64,000 nucleotides of DNA from the human T2T-CHM13v2.0 reference genome, Homo sapiens: the NCBI RefSeq assembly GCF_009914755.1, contig NC_060941.1; one strand, written 5' to 3'. Numbering within the stretch: position 1 is the first letter of the stretch; every line of letters begins with the position of its first letter. Both the position numbers and the translations under genes were made by a program. A model generated the notes under the pieces. The model was given only the letters and a program-made list of their open reading frames with translations. It searched no databases and was not told the origin of the DNA. Shown piece after piece: positions 31,331 to 47,517 of this stretch.

Positions 31331-32232
31331 GAAAACACTTTTAATAAGCCTGGCATATTTGACCCACATATGGTTTTAATAAGCCCAAGTGTATTTGGCC
31401 ATACATCCTATTGTTCAGGAGTTTGTGTAAATGTTCCTGAATATAGATGTTCCCCAGAACAGTTAGAGAACTCTTGGTGTAGAAACTGGTAACAGCTGAA
31501 TCCAGTTAAATCACCAGTTCATTTGAAAATATCCAGTTGACTCCAGGCAGCAGTATGTGTGTATACACACAGTTTCGTGTATATAAACAGCAGAGTGAAG
31601 TTGCTAACAGAGCTGGGGTAGTGATAGTGATAGGGGAGGAAAACTCATAGGGCTGGAGAGGTGGGGGATTATGACCTCGGCCATGGATTTCAAATTCTGT
31701 CTGGAGGTAACTTAGAGTGGAGCAAGTTCTCAGCTTCTCAAGGGGAGTTTGACCGTGAGTCTGGACAAATCAAGAGCTTGCCATGAACAGCACACAGAAA
31801 GATCCAGCTCTGCTGCCTCCACGTGCTCTGCTCACATAGTGGCCATCCTGTTCCAGAAAATGGGCTTTGTCATCACTTGGCTCACATCCTGTCTCTGGGT
31901 GACCTGAGAGTGACCTATAAATGTTTGACTTTGCTTTCTAATAGAAAAAATAATGCTGTCAGTCGTTGCTGTATATTTTGGGTACTCTCCTCCTCTGTAA
32001 ATTGTGTCTTTCCTTAGACATATAATTCCAGTGACAACAAAGCCATTAGGTCAACACTCACTAAATAAATTTTTTAAAAACCCAACACTTTGATAGAGAG
32101 GGAAGTAAGATGCTCAGTGATCTAAGTCTCCATAGGGAGGGCTAGGAATGGGTGGCTGTGTTTGGACACTCTTACCACATCCTTTTCTCTGAAGTACACC
32201 ACCTGGGCAGTTCCTTAGAATGTGAGACCACG

Positions 32233-32540
32233 GGCTGGGTGTGGTTGGCTCATGCCCATAATCCCAGCACTTAGGGAGGCTGAGGCAGAAAGATCACTTG
32301 AGCCCAGGAGTTCAAGGCCAGCCTGGACAACATAATGACACTCTATCCCCAACACACAACAAAATTTTTAAATTAGCCAGGCCTGGTGGTAAACACCTGT
32401 AGTCCCAAGCCACTTGCAAGACTGAGGCGGGAAGATGGCTTGAGCCCAGGAGTTTGAGGCTGCAGTGAGCTATGATCAAGCCGCTGTACCCCAGCCTGGG
32501 TGACATAAATAAGTAAGTAAATAAATAAATAAATAAAAAG
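32233..32540 (+). mobile_element. AluJ-like
   Basis: Diverged Alu match with (TAAA)n tail. Confidence 0.85.
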
Positions 32541-34652
32541 TGAACCCATGCAGTTAGGTTTTGAAGCATTTAGGTTACTCCTGTTTTCTACTCTTCTGCC
32601 TTCCTTTCACGTTTAAAGGCCTGCAAACCATATAAATCATCCCATAGGTTTCTTGGCAAGTTCAGCACTGATCCAAATAAAATATACCAGGATCTTTGTT
32701 CTGGGAATGGCAGTAACGATCTCCAGGTTGTTTTTAAAAATAATAGTGTATTTTTAAACTTTTTATTCAAGTATAACATATATGCCAAAAGTGCACATAT
32801 CATTGGTGTACATAGAGTGGATTCTTAGAAGTTGAACACACGCTAATAACTAGCACTGAGAACAAGAATCAGAACATTACCAGATCCCCTGGAAGCCCCT
32901 ACTGTTCCCTCCCACCCCTGCAGGTAGGAATACACCACAATTTATTTATTAGTTCTACTATTAATGGGAGATTCCCAGGTTTTAACAGTAAAATAGATAT
33001 TTAGAGTAGTTGGGTCAAGACTAGGTAGGGCAGTGGGATAGATCTTCATTGGGTGATGTCTGAAATAACTTAGTGTTTTCCCCTTTTGAGGATTAGTAGC
33101 AGAACTCTCTGATTCTCTAGGAAATATCTACCTGCATGGCAGCATGGGAATTTGCAGTCTGGTCTGACTCCATTAGTTCTCTGTGCATAGAAATGTCAGG
33201 CTGGAAGGGGATCAGGGCAAGTTAGAGCCAAGCCCACTTCCTCTTCTCTCCAGCGGAAGGGTCATTAGCAGCTGACCACCAGTGTCAGCTGGGCAGCGAT
33301 GGAACTGTTGACAAAACCAGAAGTAACTTTCCTAGGAAGTTGGTTTTAAGTAGGTGTTTGGTGTGAGTCTTTGGAATATTCATATTTAAAAAGTGGGTTT
33401 AGAAAGATGTTTATTAAAAAGGAGGAAATGTTAAGAGATAAATGAAGCCCCCAAATAAATTATCTCAGACAAAACAAGCTTTCAAAATAAGATAGGAAAA
33501 ACTGAGAAAGGAAAGTGTCCTGTAGCATTTTGATGTGCATTACAAAAGAGAAAGAACCGCTGAGGTCAGCAATCATCCTGGCTGGATTTACCTCCTCACT
33601 AAAAAATAAAAAAGCTGCAGGGATTACCGTTAAAAAACTCACAAAACAAATACCTGTATTGTTTTGCTTTTAAAAGGATCACACGTTATTTTTTAAGACC
33701 TAGAAAACATAGATCAACAGAAAGTAAAAATTTTTAATGTTAATTTAACAACTGGGGATAACCACTCATTAACATTTTAATGAGTATCCTTTGAGTCTAT
33801 ATACATGTATTTACACGCCTTTTACATTAATGATGATAGTATACGTACTGCTGTGAAACTTGCTTTAAAAAAGTGTGTTATGGGCTTTCTATGCTTACAA
33901 TACATTTTTAGTGAAATAAAGCAAGATAAACTTGCACAGGCAAGTTTAAAACCTCTGGCTTCTTATTTGAGGAAAACATAATACAGAAGGTAAAATAATC
34001 AAAACAAATTTAAAATCTTCACGATGCATCATAAATATTTTCCCATGCCAGTGACTACTGTTCTACAACATGAGATTTAATGACCATATTTTTTTTCATC
34101 GTGAAGAGATACCATAATTTAATGTATTCCCTATGTGTGGGCATTAGGCAATTTTGCATTATTCATTACTAGAACAAACACTGCAATGGATAGTCTTAGA
34201 GAGAACTATCTGTGCACATTCATTATTGTTTACTTAGAATAAATTCCTGGAAGAGACATTGCTCAGTCAAAAGCTATGCCCTTTTCAAAGCATTTTGATA
34301 CTGATTTCCAAATTTCCCTCTGGAGAGGTTGTACTGATTTACAGCCCACCAGCAGTGTTTATGAGTGTTTGCCAATGCTGAGTAAGTGCAAGCATTTAAA
34401 GAAGGCTTTGGAAATATGATAGGGAATACATGGTAGCTTGTGGATTCTTTAACCCGTGTTGTGTATAGAGTGTAAATCCTCATCTGGTCTCCGATGCCTT
34501 TCGCAACAGGATTGCCACCTATCTCTCTGGCCTCATTTCATCTCCTTCTATTCCTCTCCCACCACCCCCACGCTGCCCCCCTCCCCACACTGTTGTTCAA
34601 ACAGGATTCATACATTCTTAGCTTTGTGCTTTTTCTCCCTAGATGACACTCA

Positions 34653-35354
<702 letters not shown>

Positions 35355-36371
35355 ATTTGAAACTGTTTCAAAGTCCATATCCCTCATCAGGTCTTTTCTT
35401 GTTCCTCCCAAGCAAAGGGACTCTTTCGCTTCTTCTCCTGTAATTGTTTTATGGCAGTTAATTTTCCCTATACAAGTCACATCCATAGTTCCAGAATGAG
35501 GGCTACGGCCCATTCTTAATTGTCTCCTGTACTAGGGGCAAGTCACCTTTCCCTGCTGTGCCTCAGTTTTCTCATCTGTAAAGCAAAGAAGTCTGATTCA
35601 GATTAGATGATTTTTAAGTACCAATTCACCTTTAACAATTTATCATTCCATCTTTTTTCCCACAGTAGACAAACCTATCCATCAATTCTTCCATATGACT
35701 TATTGCACAACCAGCACAGTGATCCCTAAATTTCTTAAGGCCACAGATGCCTTTGAGAATCTGAAGAAAGCCCTGAGCCCTAATTTTCCGCAAATTAATT
35801 TAGAGATATGGGCATTCAAGGACAATGTGATTGTTAAACAGTCTGTTTAAGGGCCCAAGATTAAGAACTTGGCTGTTTAAGTCTGTGTTTGTTTGTGTTT
35901 CTCTTGAATATAGTAGGAAGGTTCAATAAATATTTTTCAATGTGAATCATATTCAAACAGGAAGGTGAATACTAAAAAATAATTATGTGGGTTTTCTCTT
36001 GGGACTTAATTATAAGTTTCATTACTTTCAGGTCACCCTTGGTGTTAAATCTCCACTCATGTCAACACATTAAAAAGGCAAATTGAGAGGCTTTCAAAGT
36101 ACATTCAAAATAGGCCATGCCCTTTAGTCTTTTAGGCACCATTAAACATCCAGCATTTTGATAAATCCTACATAGCAGTTAGTGATTTCAGATTTCCTGT
36201 GTGAGAGGATTGCGAATGGGTAAGCAGTTATAATGTAATGTTTTTCCTCAAACATGAGGACACAGATTTTTGTGAGATTAATTCATGGTCATAAGAGTAG
36301 ATTGGGAAAGGATAAAAGGATAAACCAGGCAGTTTTCAAATAAATCTGCCTTATTAGAAAATATATAAATG

Positions 36372-36690
<319 letters not shown>

Positions 36691-36715
36691 AATTGACAGC
36701 TCTCGAGATCTTTAA

Positions 36716-37057
<342 letters not shown>

Positions 37058-37554
37058 TGACATCTGTAGAGATCTTTATCTGGCTATCTCACTAAAGGGA
37101 AAAATACTTGACTATGTCATTAATCCAAAGGATGATGCCTGTTCTTGAGATTAGTGGAGGTACAGAATTGGGATTTGCCTGCTAGCTGAACATTTTCATG
37201 CGAGTATGTGCTCCCCGCTTTTAGAGTGTGTCTTTTCTCTATTGTTTCTCCTTCCTACTTTACATTAAAGGGAGATGAATGCAATATATACTACTTAGTT
37301 TGGGGGTATAAATTCTGTATTGTGAACCTGGATTATTGTTCTCTCTTTAGAACCAATTATTTGGTGTAGTTCAGCAGTAAAACCAAGAATAATGACATGA
37401 TCCGCTATCTGGATGTTCTATTACTCACTTTCTCCAATTGTTCCTACATCCAAGCAAACAGGCCCCCAGTCACAATCTGCAGCGACAGCAGTTTAATTAA
37501 TATTCCTTCTGACAATGCTGGTGTAGCTGTTGGTGACTTCCACTTGCGTGGAAT

Positions 37555-38417
37555 TAATATGGGAGTGCTGGGAAGGGAAGACCCTGGTCTCTTTAAATAA
37601 TAGGAAACCGGGGAAGGGAAGTGCAGGGTAGAGGAGGGCGTGGTCCCTTGTTAGGGATCCACCCCACGGACCTAGGTGAGGACAGACATTTCCTGCCCAA
37701 CTGTTGCATTTCCCGACACCACCCTGGCCTGCCACGCCCCATCCTGTACCTATAATAACCGTTCTCCACCCCCACCCCCCGCCCCGTACCACACACACAT
37801 CCTAGCGGGCAGCCACACATCAAAAGGAGCACGTCGGCTGAAGAAGACACAAGCAGCTGGTCGTTGAGAAGAGCTCGCAGAAGAGCATGCCTCCTCTGCG
37901 GCCGAAGAGCATGCCCGCAGGCAGTGGAGTCTGGCCAGGGCAGTCTGGCCAGGGCAGTGGGAGGACAGCCGGGCTGCTGAGAGGCCCAACTGCAGGGGAA
38001 GACTACCTCCCTTGTGGATCCTCCGTCCGCTGAGAGCTACCTCCACGCAATAAAATTTTACACTCATTCTCCAAGCCCACGTGTGATTTGCTTCTTCCAG
38101 TACACCAAGGCAAGAAACCCCGGGGTACAGAAATCCCTCTGTCCTTGTGATAAGGAAGAGGGTCTAATTGAGCTGGTTAATTCAAGTGGTCTGTAGATGG
38201 CAAACTGAGAGCACCCTGTAACACACGCCCACTGGGGCCTCAGGAGCTGTCAACATTCACCCCTATACACTACTAACATTCATCCCTAGACACTGCCATG
38301 GGGTCGGAGCCCCACAGCCTGTCCGTGTGTATGCTTCCCTAGAGGTTTGAGCAGCGGGGCACTGAAGATGCGAGCCCCACCCCCATCACACGCCCTGAGA
38401 GGGGGATTCCCATTTCA
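37555..38417 (+). mobile_element. Solo ERV1 LTR, LTR1 (HUERS-P2)-like
   Basis: T(A)ATATGGGAG...TTTCA ends with perfect 4-bp TSD GAAT; CpG-rich U3, TATAAT box ~37751, AATAAA ~38049. Family name tentative. Confidence 0.78.
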
Positions 38418-38922
38418 GAATAAGAAGTTGACTCACACCATTGATTAATTCGGTTTTGAATGTTTTGTGTTGTTCTAAGTCATCTCTAGGTGACCTGGGC
38501 TTGAGTCATCTCTCCAGAGAGTCATTGGATCAAATTTTCTGCAGCTAGGTCCTAGATTTTTTTTGTTGTTGTTCAAATTTATCCTTCTGAAAATATGGCA
38601 AAACCTATTTGGTATATGTCCAATATGTGTGGCATATATGGGTCTTTTATGAATTTGAATTTAAGGGACAAAAGTTGGCATAACTATCCTTGCCTCAGGG
38701 AAGTTGTCCCTGAATCTCAAGGTGAGGGTAGGTCTACTGTTAGAAATCCTCATACTGTTCAGTTCTTTACAATTTTAGACTTACTGCTATCATATTTATA
38801 TAGTTGATTATGCAATTATTTGTTTACTGTCTTCCTTCATAAGGAACTATGTCCTTTAAAATGATTTCTCTACCCCAAAGGTTTAGCAACATGCCTAGAA
38901 TAGATGCTAAAAATGATTTCTT

Positions 38923-39220
38923 GGCTGGGCATGGTCACAACTGTAATCGGAGCACTTTGGGAGGCCAAGGCAGGAGGCGCGCTTGAGCCCAGAAATTCGA
39001 GACCAGCTTTGGCAGTATGGCAATACCCTGTCTCTACAAAAAATAAAATAAAAAGCTAGGCATGGTGGCATGTGCCTATAATCCCAGCGACTTTGGAGGC
39101 TAAGGCAGGGGGATTGTGCCTAGGGGTTGGTGGCTGTAGTAAGCTATGATAGCACCACTGCACTCAGCCTGGGCAACAGAGTGAGACCCTGTTTCTCAAA
39201 TAAATAAATAACATAAAAAT
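38923..39220 (+). mobile_element. AluJ-like
   Basis: Diverged Alu match. Confidence 0.82.
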
Positions 39221-39351
39221 ATTTATTGAACAAATTGTTACTATGTATTATTATCACTACTAGTAGTAGTAACATTTGTAGAGGTCTTTGCAGTTTTCAA
39301 AGTCCTATATGTTGTTAACTCATCATCCATAGATCTTAAAAACATAATGCT

Positions 39352-39686
39352 GGCCAGGCATGGTGGCTCACGCCTGTAACCCCAGCACTTTGGGAGGCCG
39401 AGGCAGGTGGATCACAAGGTCAGGAGTTCAAGACCAGCCTGGCCAAGATGGTGAAACCCTGTCTCTACTAAAACTACAAAAATTAGCCAGGTGCGGTGGC
39501 AGGTGCCTGTAATCCCAGCTACTTGGGAGGCTGAGGCAGGAGAATCGCTTGAATCTGGGCAGCAGAGGATGCAGTGACCCTAGATTGTGCCACTGCATTC
39601 CAGCCTGGGCGACAAGAGTGAGACTCTGTCTGGAAACAAAAAAAAACAAACAAACAAAAAAAAAAAGAACAACAACAACAAAAAAG
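39352..39686 (+). mobile_element. AluS
   Basis: Alu match; ATAATGCT on both flanks. Confidence 0.9.
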
Positions 39687-39780
39687 CTATAATGCTAAGT
39701 GAAAACAAAACAGCACAAGCTTGATGCCATTTATGTAATGGCATAAAATACCATTTACGTAAATTTAAAACATATAAATA

Positions 39781-40116
<336 letters not shown>

Positions 40117-40709
40117 TTAAGAATCCATGTGTACCTAAGCACATATAGTGAACAAGTGAGCTAAAGAGAAAATCTGGGAGAAGGAGATTTGTACTTGTGT
40201 AGAGAATAACTTAAGAAACATAATAAAATTAAGCAGGAGTGTGGCCTTGCACAGACTGAAGGTAATAAGATATTGGGAACTGAGAAGTATAATTAACTCT
40301 AACCTAAAGCCCAGGAGAGGTAGAAGGGAGAGATTTGTGTACATTAGACTTTGGGAAAAAATCTACAATAATTATTTGCACCATATTTTGAGTGCGTTCA
40401 ATTTTCCAAACACCTGATTCTTGACTCAACATCACCTTACTCCCCCAAAGCATTGTCCTATTTTTCTTCCTTCTGTCTTTTCTCTTGCTTATACACTCTC
40501 AAAATATCCTTGCTAAAAAGAAATGATTATCCATGCAACAACATGGATAAATCTCAACACATAATACTAAATGGAAAAGCCATACTCAACAGGCTATGTA
40601 CTGTACAATCCCATTTACAGGACATTCTGGAAAAGGTGAAACTATAGGGACAGAAATCAGATCAGTGATTGCCAGGGACTGTGGTGGGGAAGAGGACTGA
40701 TTATAGAGA

Positions 40710-40845
40710 AGCAGGAGAGTTGCTTGAGTCCAGGAGTGCCAGGCTGTAGTGAGCTGTGATCATGCCACTGCACTTCAGCCTGGACAACAGAGTGAAACCC
40801 TGTCTCAAAAAAACAAAAACAAATACAAAAACAAAGAAAAAACAT
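40710..40845 (+). mobile_element. Alu right-arm fragment within an L1M remnant (40515-40880)
   Basis: Partial Alu match plus tail; L1M 3'UTR-like flanks. Confidence 0.72.
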
Positions 40846-41502
40846 AAGTAAATTATTTATGTATAAATTATACTGTATATTTAAACACAGAAAGCAAACA
40901 CATTTCTATGAATTTCCAGAAAAACATAATTCATTTTTATGATCTTCATTTCTTTAATGAGGCAAAAAAGCAAAAACAAAAACCAAAAACCAGAAAGTAC
41001 AGACTCCCACCAGTGGTGGTATTGAATGAGTTAAATGTCTCCTTGAAATCATACTGTTTTTGATTCTGTAATGTGGTTAGTCAATAGAACAATTCAGGGC
41101 AGAGAATTCTTACGGAAGAAGGCTGCAAATGTAGGTTACATTAGGGATCCACTGAGCCACTGATCTGGAGTAACAAATGGGAAAGATTGTAGATATGGTG
41201 ATAGGCAAATTCATATTTTTCTGGGTAACTTGTTAAGAAGATAGTTAAAGGTCTAGCTTGAAATAATTTTGGACAGATTTTAGGGCAAGCAGTTTGATGT
41301 TGTGGAAAGTGTATGGCCTTGGATTAAATCTTGGTTTTAGATGGATAGACTTGGGTTTGAATATTGACTTCCCCACTTAATACTTAAAAGTATGAAGTTA
41401 ATATAAGTATTAAGTTAATTAATACTTATTAATACTTAATAAGAAGTATATAAAGTTAATATAAGCATTAAGTTAATTAACCTCTGGCTGTTCATTTCCT
41501 CA

Positions 41503-41840
<338 letters not shown>

Positions 41841-42295
41841 TACAAATTTTTAAAAATCTGGCATGCAGCGTTGTCATGAGGATTTGAAATAAAGAACTAA
41901 AGCCATACTTTAGTTTTTTAAGGGACTAGCACTTGTTAGGTGCTCAACAATTCATAACACTTTAATATTTACTGTGGGTTAGAATGCACAATCTAAAATA
42001 GGTCAGGCCCAGAGACAGAATACTCAGGCCTCTGGGGTTATGAGCCTCAGATGTGGAGAGGTCCTTTGAAGGCCAATTACTGTGTCTGAGGAATGATAGA
42101 AGACTCCTCCCAACCCCCAGAAAGCTGGAAAACTCTCTGTTAAAGAGGCCTTTCCCACATGATGATAAATTTGATATCTAAGCTGGGGATTTATCTTCAT
42201 TTACCCAAGAACATTTGGCCTCTGAGTCAGAAGGAAAAGGTATTTTTTCTTTTCTAATTGGAGTTCCACATGATCCTCCAGGCTATGTAATAATA

Positions 42296-42846
42296 CATAA
42301 CTGCCCCCCACCCCTTATCCTCAGGGGTATGTTCTAAGACTTCCAGTGGATACCTTAAACTTTATGTAGTTCTGAACTCAATATATACTATTATTTTTCC
42401 TATACATAATGTCTATGATAAAGCTTAATTTATAAATTAGGCACAGTAAGAGACTAATAACAATAACTAATAATAAGGCCGGACACGGTGGCTCACACCT
42501 GTAATCCCAGCACTTTGGGAGGCTGAGGTGGGAAGATTGCTTGAGCCTAGGAATTCAAAGCCAGCCTGGGCAACATAGTGAGAACCCATCCCTAAAAAAA
42601 GAAATAAAAAAAATTGTCAGCCATGGTGGCACAAGCCTGTAACTCAGTTACTTGGCTGAGGCAAGAGGATTGCTGGACCCCAGGAGTTTGAGGCAGCAGA
42701 GTTATGACTTTGCCACTGCATTCCTGCCTGGGTGACAAGAGCGAGACCCTGTTTCTAAATAATAATAATATAACAATATTCTGTAATGAAAGTTACGTAA
42801 ATGTGGTCTCTTATTATACTGTACTGAGAATAAGAGGGGACTACTG
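42296..42846 (+). mobile_element. MER44 (Tigger7-derived) split by AluJ 42477-42770
   Basis: ccccttatcctcaggggtatgttctaagac...taaattaggcacagtaagaga...gataagaggggactactg-like end. Confidence 0.75.
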
Positions 42847-43050
42847 TAGTACAGTTAAAGGGTAGACAAATATAATAGGAGAATGTTGATTAGTAAGTCC
42901 GTGGGTTGGTATGGTGGAAAGTGCTCTGCATTCAGAAACAGGAAGCCTGGGTAATCTGTGTTTTTTTTTCTCCCCAAAGTAGGTACTTGAGGTCACTAGT
43001 TGCTCCTTTTGGGGTTTCATTTTCTGACTATAAGAAAAGAGGATGTTGAA

Positions 43051-43348
43051 GGCCGGGCACCTGTAATCTCAGCACTTTGGGAGGCTAAGACAGGGGGATC
43101 ACTTGAGGTCAGGAGTTCAAGACTAGCCTGATCAACATGGCAAAACCCAGACTCTACTAAAAATACAAAAATTAGCCTGGTGTGGAGGCATGTTCCTGTA
43201 TCCTAGCTACTCGAGAGGCTGAGGCATGAGAATTGCCTGAACCCAGGAGGCAGAGGTTGCAGTGATCTGAGATCACGCCACTGCACTCCAGCCTGGGTGA
43301 CAAAGCAAGGCCCTGTCTCAAAAAAATGAAACAAAACAAAACAAAAAA
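43051..43348 (+). mobile_element. AluS
   Basis: TSD AAAAGAGGATGTT. Confidence 0.88.
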
Positions 43349-45197
43349 GAGGATGTTAAATGACTTTTCAGGTCATGTCCACCTAGGATATTCTACTATT
43401 CTATGGCTTGAAACTGGAGAAGGATCTTAATTAATTAATTGATTGATTTATACAAGGCTCAATATGGTATTGATTCCACGTGGAGCCCTGTGCCATGTGA
43501 TGGACAGTTAATGAACAAGCTCGACCTAGGCCTTTCCTGAATTGAGCTTGTATCTATTGCAGTGCTACTTGTCTAGGGTCAGTTCCCATTCAGTGCTTTC
43601 ATCTGGAACATAGAGGGCATGTTAATTCCACTTGTAGGATGTTCAGATCTGGTAGTGTTGACCAAGACATTGTATGACAGAATCAGGTTAAAAAACAAAA
43701 TTAAAAAAAAAAAATTCTAGAGTTTGGAAAGATGGGCCAAGGCTCACAAGATAAATACATAAGGTATAACTCAGTACACACAGAAGGAAAGTCTTCAACT
43801 CAGGTTTAAAAGGCACAGGATAAGAAACATAGAATGGTAGCTTTAAGCATCTGATCTGTTCTTCTGTTCAGGCTCTAGTTATAGGGATTACATAGTCACA
43901 AAGTAACAATTATCACAGAGTTGAAAAAGGATTGGGCCTCCCTAAGCTCTCTCCACCTGACAGTTACACAAATGCTATTGATAAAGATGGGAACCAGTTC
44001 CCTAATCTTTTCCACTCAATCTTTTCCTTCCCTTTTCTTTCATTCGCTCCTTTGAGAGCAGGTGTGCCTTGTCATAACATTGTATCCATTCCAGTATCTT
44101 TAGTCCATAGTTCTTGGATTTGCAAACCATAGGCAATTGATAAAATGGAAATAATACCTGACTTTATAGCAGTTCACCTGAAAATAAATTGAAGCATTTT
44201 AATTGATATCAGTCGACTGTGTGATGGAGCTGCCAGGAAATACCAAGATCATCTCGGACTACATGAATAGAAGTGTACAGTGGGCAGCAAGAGAGCTCTG
44301 TGCTCTGTGTTGGGCAGACAAGTTCATAAACAATCTGCTCCATTCTGAGTACGACATTGAATGAGCAATATTAAAATTGGAGACTGTTCAAACAAAATGA
44401 ACAAATTAGGGACAGCACAGTAAAGTGTAATAATATCATTTTGGAGTCAGACAGGCTTATTCAGACCCAAGTTCTGACACTTACTATGTCACCTTGGGGA
44501 AGTTATTTAACTTCTCACAGCCTCAGTTTACTTGTCTATGTAATGGAAATAATAATAGTATCTATTTCATGGATTATGCCAAGGACTATGATCATGATGA
44601 GCAATTATCATTTACATTTGGAGGAATTAGAGTGGTTTAGCCAGAAGATTTGAAGACTTAGGAGTTGGGGTGTGGTGTGTATGGGATATTATGTCTATCT
44701 TTAGATATTTGAACAATTGCTGTTGGAGGAGTTATTGTGCTTATGTTGGGTAGATGCATATGACAGAATTAGGTCAAATAGTGGGATATGCAGAGAAGAT
44801 GACATTGCCTCAACACATGGCATAAATTTTTGACAATTAGCTTTGTTTAAAAATGGAATTAAGTTCTTTCATCAGGTGGTGATTTCCAGACCACAGTGAA
44901 TGTTCAAGCAGAGACTGGTTTCTGTGTCTTAGAATGGTATAGAGGAGAGTTCTGCACTGGCCAAGTGAGTTTGGGCTATTAGGGGTTCCCAAACTTGGCT
45001 GTGCAGGAGAACCATCTAGCAGTAGAGCTCAGAGTCTCTAATAAGGTCCTTAGATGGTTTTGATGAAGCCAGTCTCTGCATAGGTGATTTAGATCCACTG
45101 GACTGCAGGATGGGTGCCCTTTCACCTATATTTTGTTATAATGGGATTCCAGTAGGGAAGTGCTTTGAGCCAGGAGACAGGAAGATAAGAAAGTGCT

Positions 45198-45510
<313 letters not shown>

Positions 45511-46349
45511 AGTGCCACACATATTTTGGAGTCATTTGGTTAGAAGGGAGGCTTCAAGTTTGGGAGCGGCTGGAGTCTGGTTTGAATGAGAAGTTAGGGC
45601 CAGCGTATGGAGAAATTTAGATGCTACGTGTGGGAGTTTGCAGGTTACCAAGCAGGGGTCCATGATAAATGTAGGACAAAAAAAGTTACAAATAATCACA
45701 TTCTGAAAAGTTGAGCTAAATGATGAATAAGGACAAGTCCAGACATCATATTCCTTTCCTCTTGGAGTTCTCAAGCACAGAACCTGTAGCTTGAGTTGTC
45801 ATCTTCCATTTTCTTCATTTCGGAGCTCCTCTTCATCGCACCCTGAGTGGTGATGATCCACAACGTTCCTGTTCCTTTCCAGGCCGAGAGAGTGGGCAGG
45901 AGGAGGAGCTTTCATTGAAGTGATTCTCTCAGCTGTATAGGAAGCACCCCGGGTCTGCTCAACAGAAAAGCCACAGTTCATGGACTTGGTGGTATCGGAG
46001 GTGCCAAGGGCTGGAAGCCAAAGTTCAGTTTCCTCTTAAGCAGCAAGTTCTTTTGCGTAAGTCCAACCTGCTGACTTGCTCCGTGTAAGTGCTTTTGTTT
46101 TTATCTCAAGGCTATTCTTAAGTTAATTAGTTGCAATTACTAGCTCTGCTGCAGTGGAATGCATAGTAACAGAAGGGGGAAATGAGGCCATCAGGGAGAT
46201 GCAGTTGAGTGTTCTGAGACAACATACAGAGGAACTGCAATTCGTTACACTCACCAATTAAGTCCGAAAAAAGAAAAAACAACAACAACAACAATAAAAC
46301 CAAAACTTGCTCCAAATAGAAACACAAAGGATGAGGCAAATATACTTAC

Positions 46350-46533
46350 ACAGTGTTTGTTATAATGTCTGCCCACATCCAGAGGCCACGAAATGTCCCT
46401 AAGGATGGTTTCCCATGACAGTAAGCCACAGCAGGCAGAAAGAGCAGTGGGGCTTGTTAAGAGCTATAGATTCAAAAGCTTCTTTTTATTAGCTGTCAGT
46501 CTAATTTCTATTGAGGCCAGTCAGTTCCATCAC
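46350..46533 (-). other. SMIM36: Putative SMIM36 non-coding 3'UTR exon (184 nt)
   Basis: Acceptor gtctctgttttcatcctatAG|G (AG 46535-46534) and donor TGT|GTAAGT at 46349. Gene assignment from recall. Confidence 0.6.
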
Positions 46534-46544
46534 CTATAGGATGA

Positions 46545-46900
<356 letters not shown>

Positions 46901-46977
46901 AACCATATTTTTAGTTTGATAAATGCAGGTTGAGTTTGCGATTGTCTCTGCTGCAACCTGGCTTTCCTGCTGGGCCA

Positions 46978-47381
46978 TGTCAGGCCTCTGAGCCCAAGCT
47001 AAGCCATCATATCCCCTGTGACCTGCAACTGAAGAACCACAAAAGAAGTGAAAATAGCCAGTTCCTGCCTTAACTGATGACATTCCACTGTTGTGATTTG
47101 TTCCCGCCCCACCCTAACTGATCAATTGACCTTGTGACACTCCTTCTCCTGGACAGTGAGTCTCGGGAGCTCCCCACTGAGCACCTTGTGACCCCCGCCC
47201 CTGCCCACAAGAGAAAAAGCCCCTTTGACTGTAATTTTTCACTACCTACCCAAATCCTACAAAACTGTCCCACTCCTATCTCCCTTTGCTGACTCCTTTT
47301 TTGGACTCAGTCCACCTGCACCCAGGTGATTAAAAAGCTTTATTGCTCACACAAAGCCTCTTCACACGGACGCGTGTAACA
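46978..47381 (+). mobile_element. HERV-H 5' LTR (LTR7 family, LTR7C-like)
   Basis: Starts TGTCAGGCCTCTGAGCCCAAGC, ends ...GTAACA, ATTAAA poly(A) signal, PBS follows. Subfamily tentative. Confidence 0.93.
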
Positions 47382-47383
47382 TT

Positions 47384-47402
47384 TGGTGCCAAAGACCTGG
47401 GA
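47384..47402 (+). other. HERV-H primer binding site, tRNA-Phe-like
   Basis: TGGTGCCAAAGACCTGGGA, 2 nt after the LTR end; closer to the Phe PBS TGGTGCCGAAACCCGGGA than to the His PBS TGGTGCCGTGACTCGGAT. Confidence 0.7.
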
Positions 47403-47517
47403 CAGAAGGACTCCTTCGGGAGACCGGTCCACTGTCTTCGCCCTCACTCCGTGAGGAGATCCACCTATGACCTCAGGTCCTCAGACCAGCCCAAGGAACA
47501 TCTCACTGATTTCAAAT

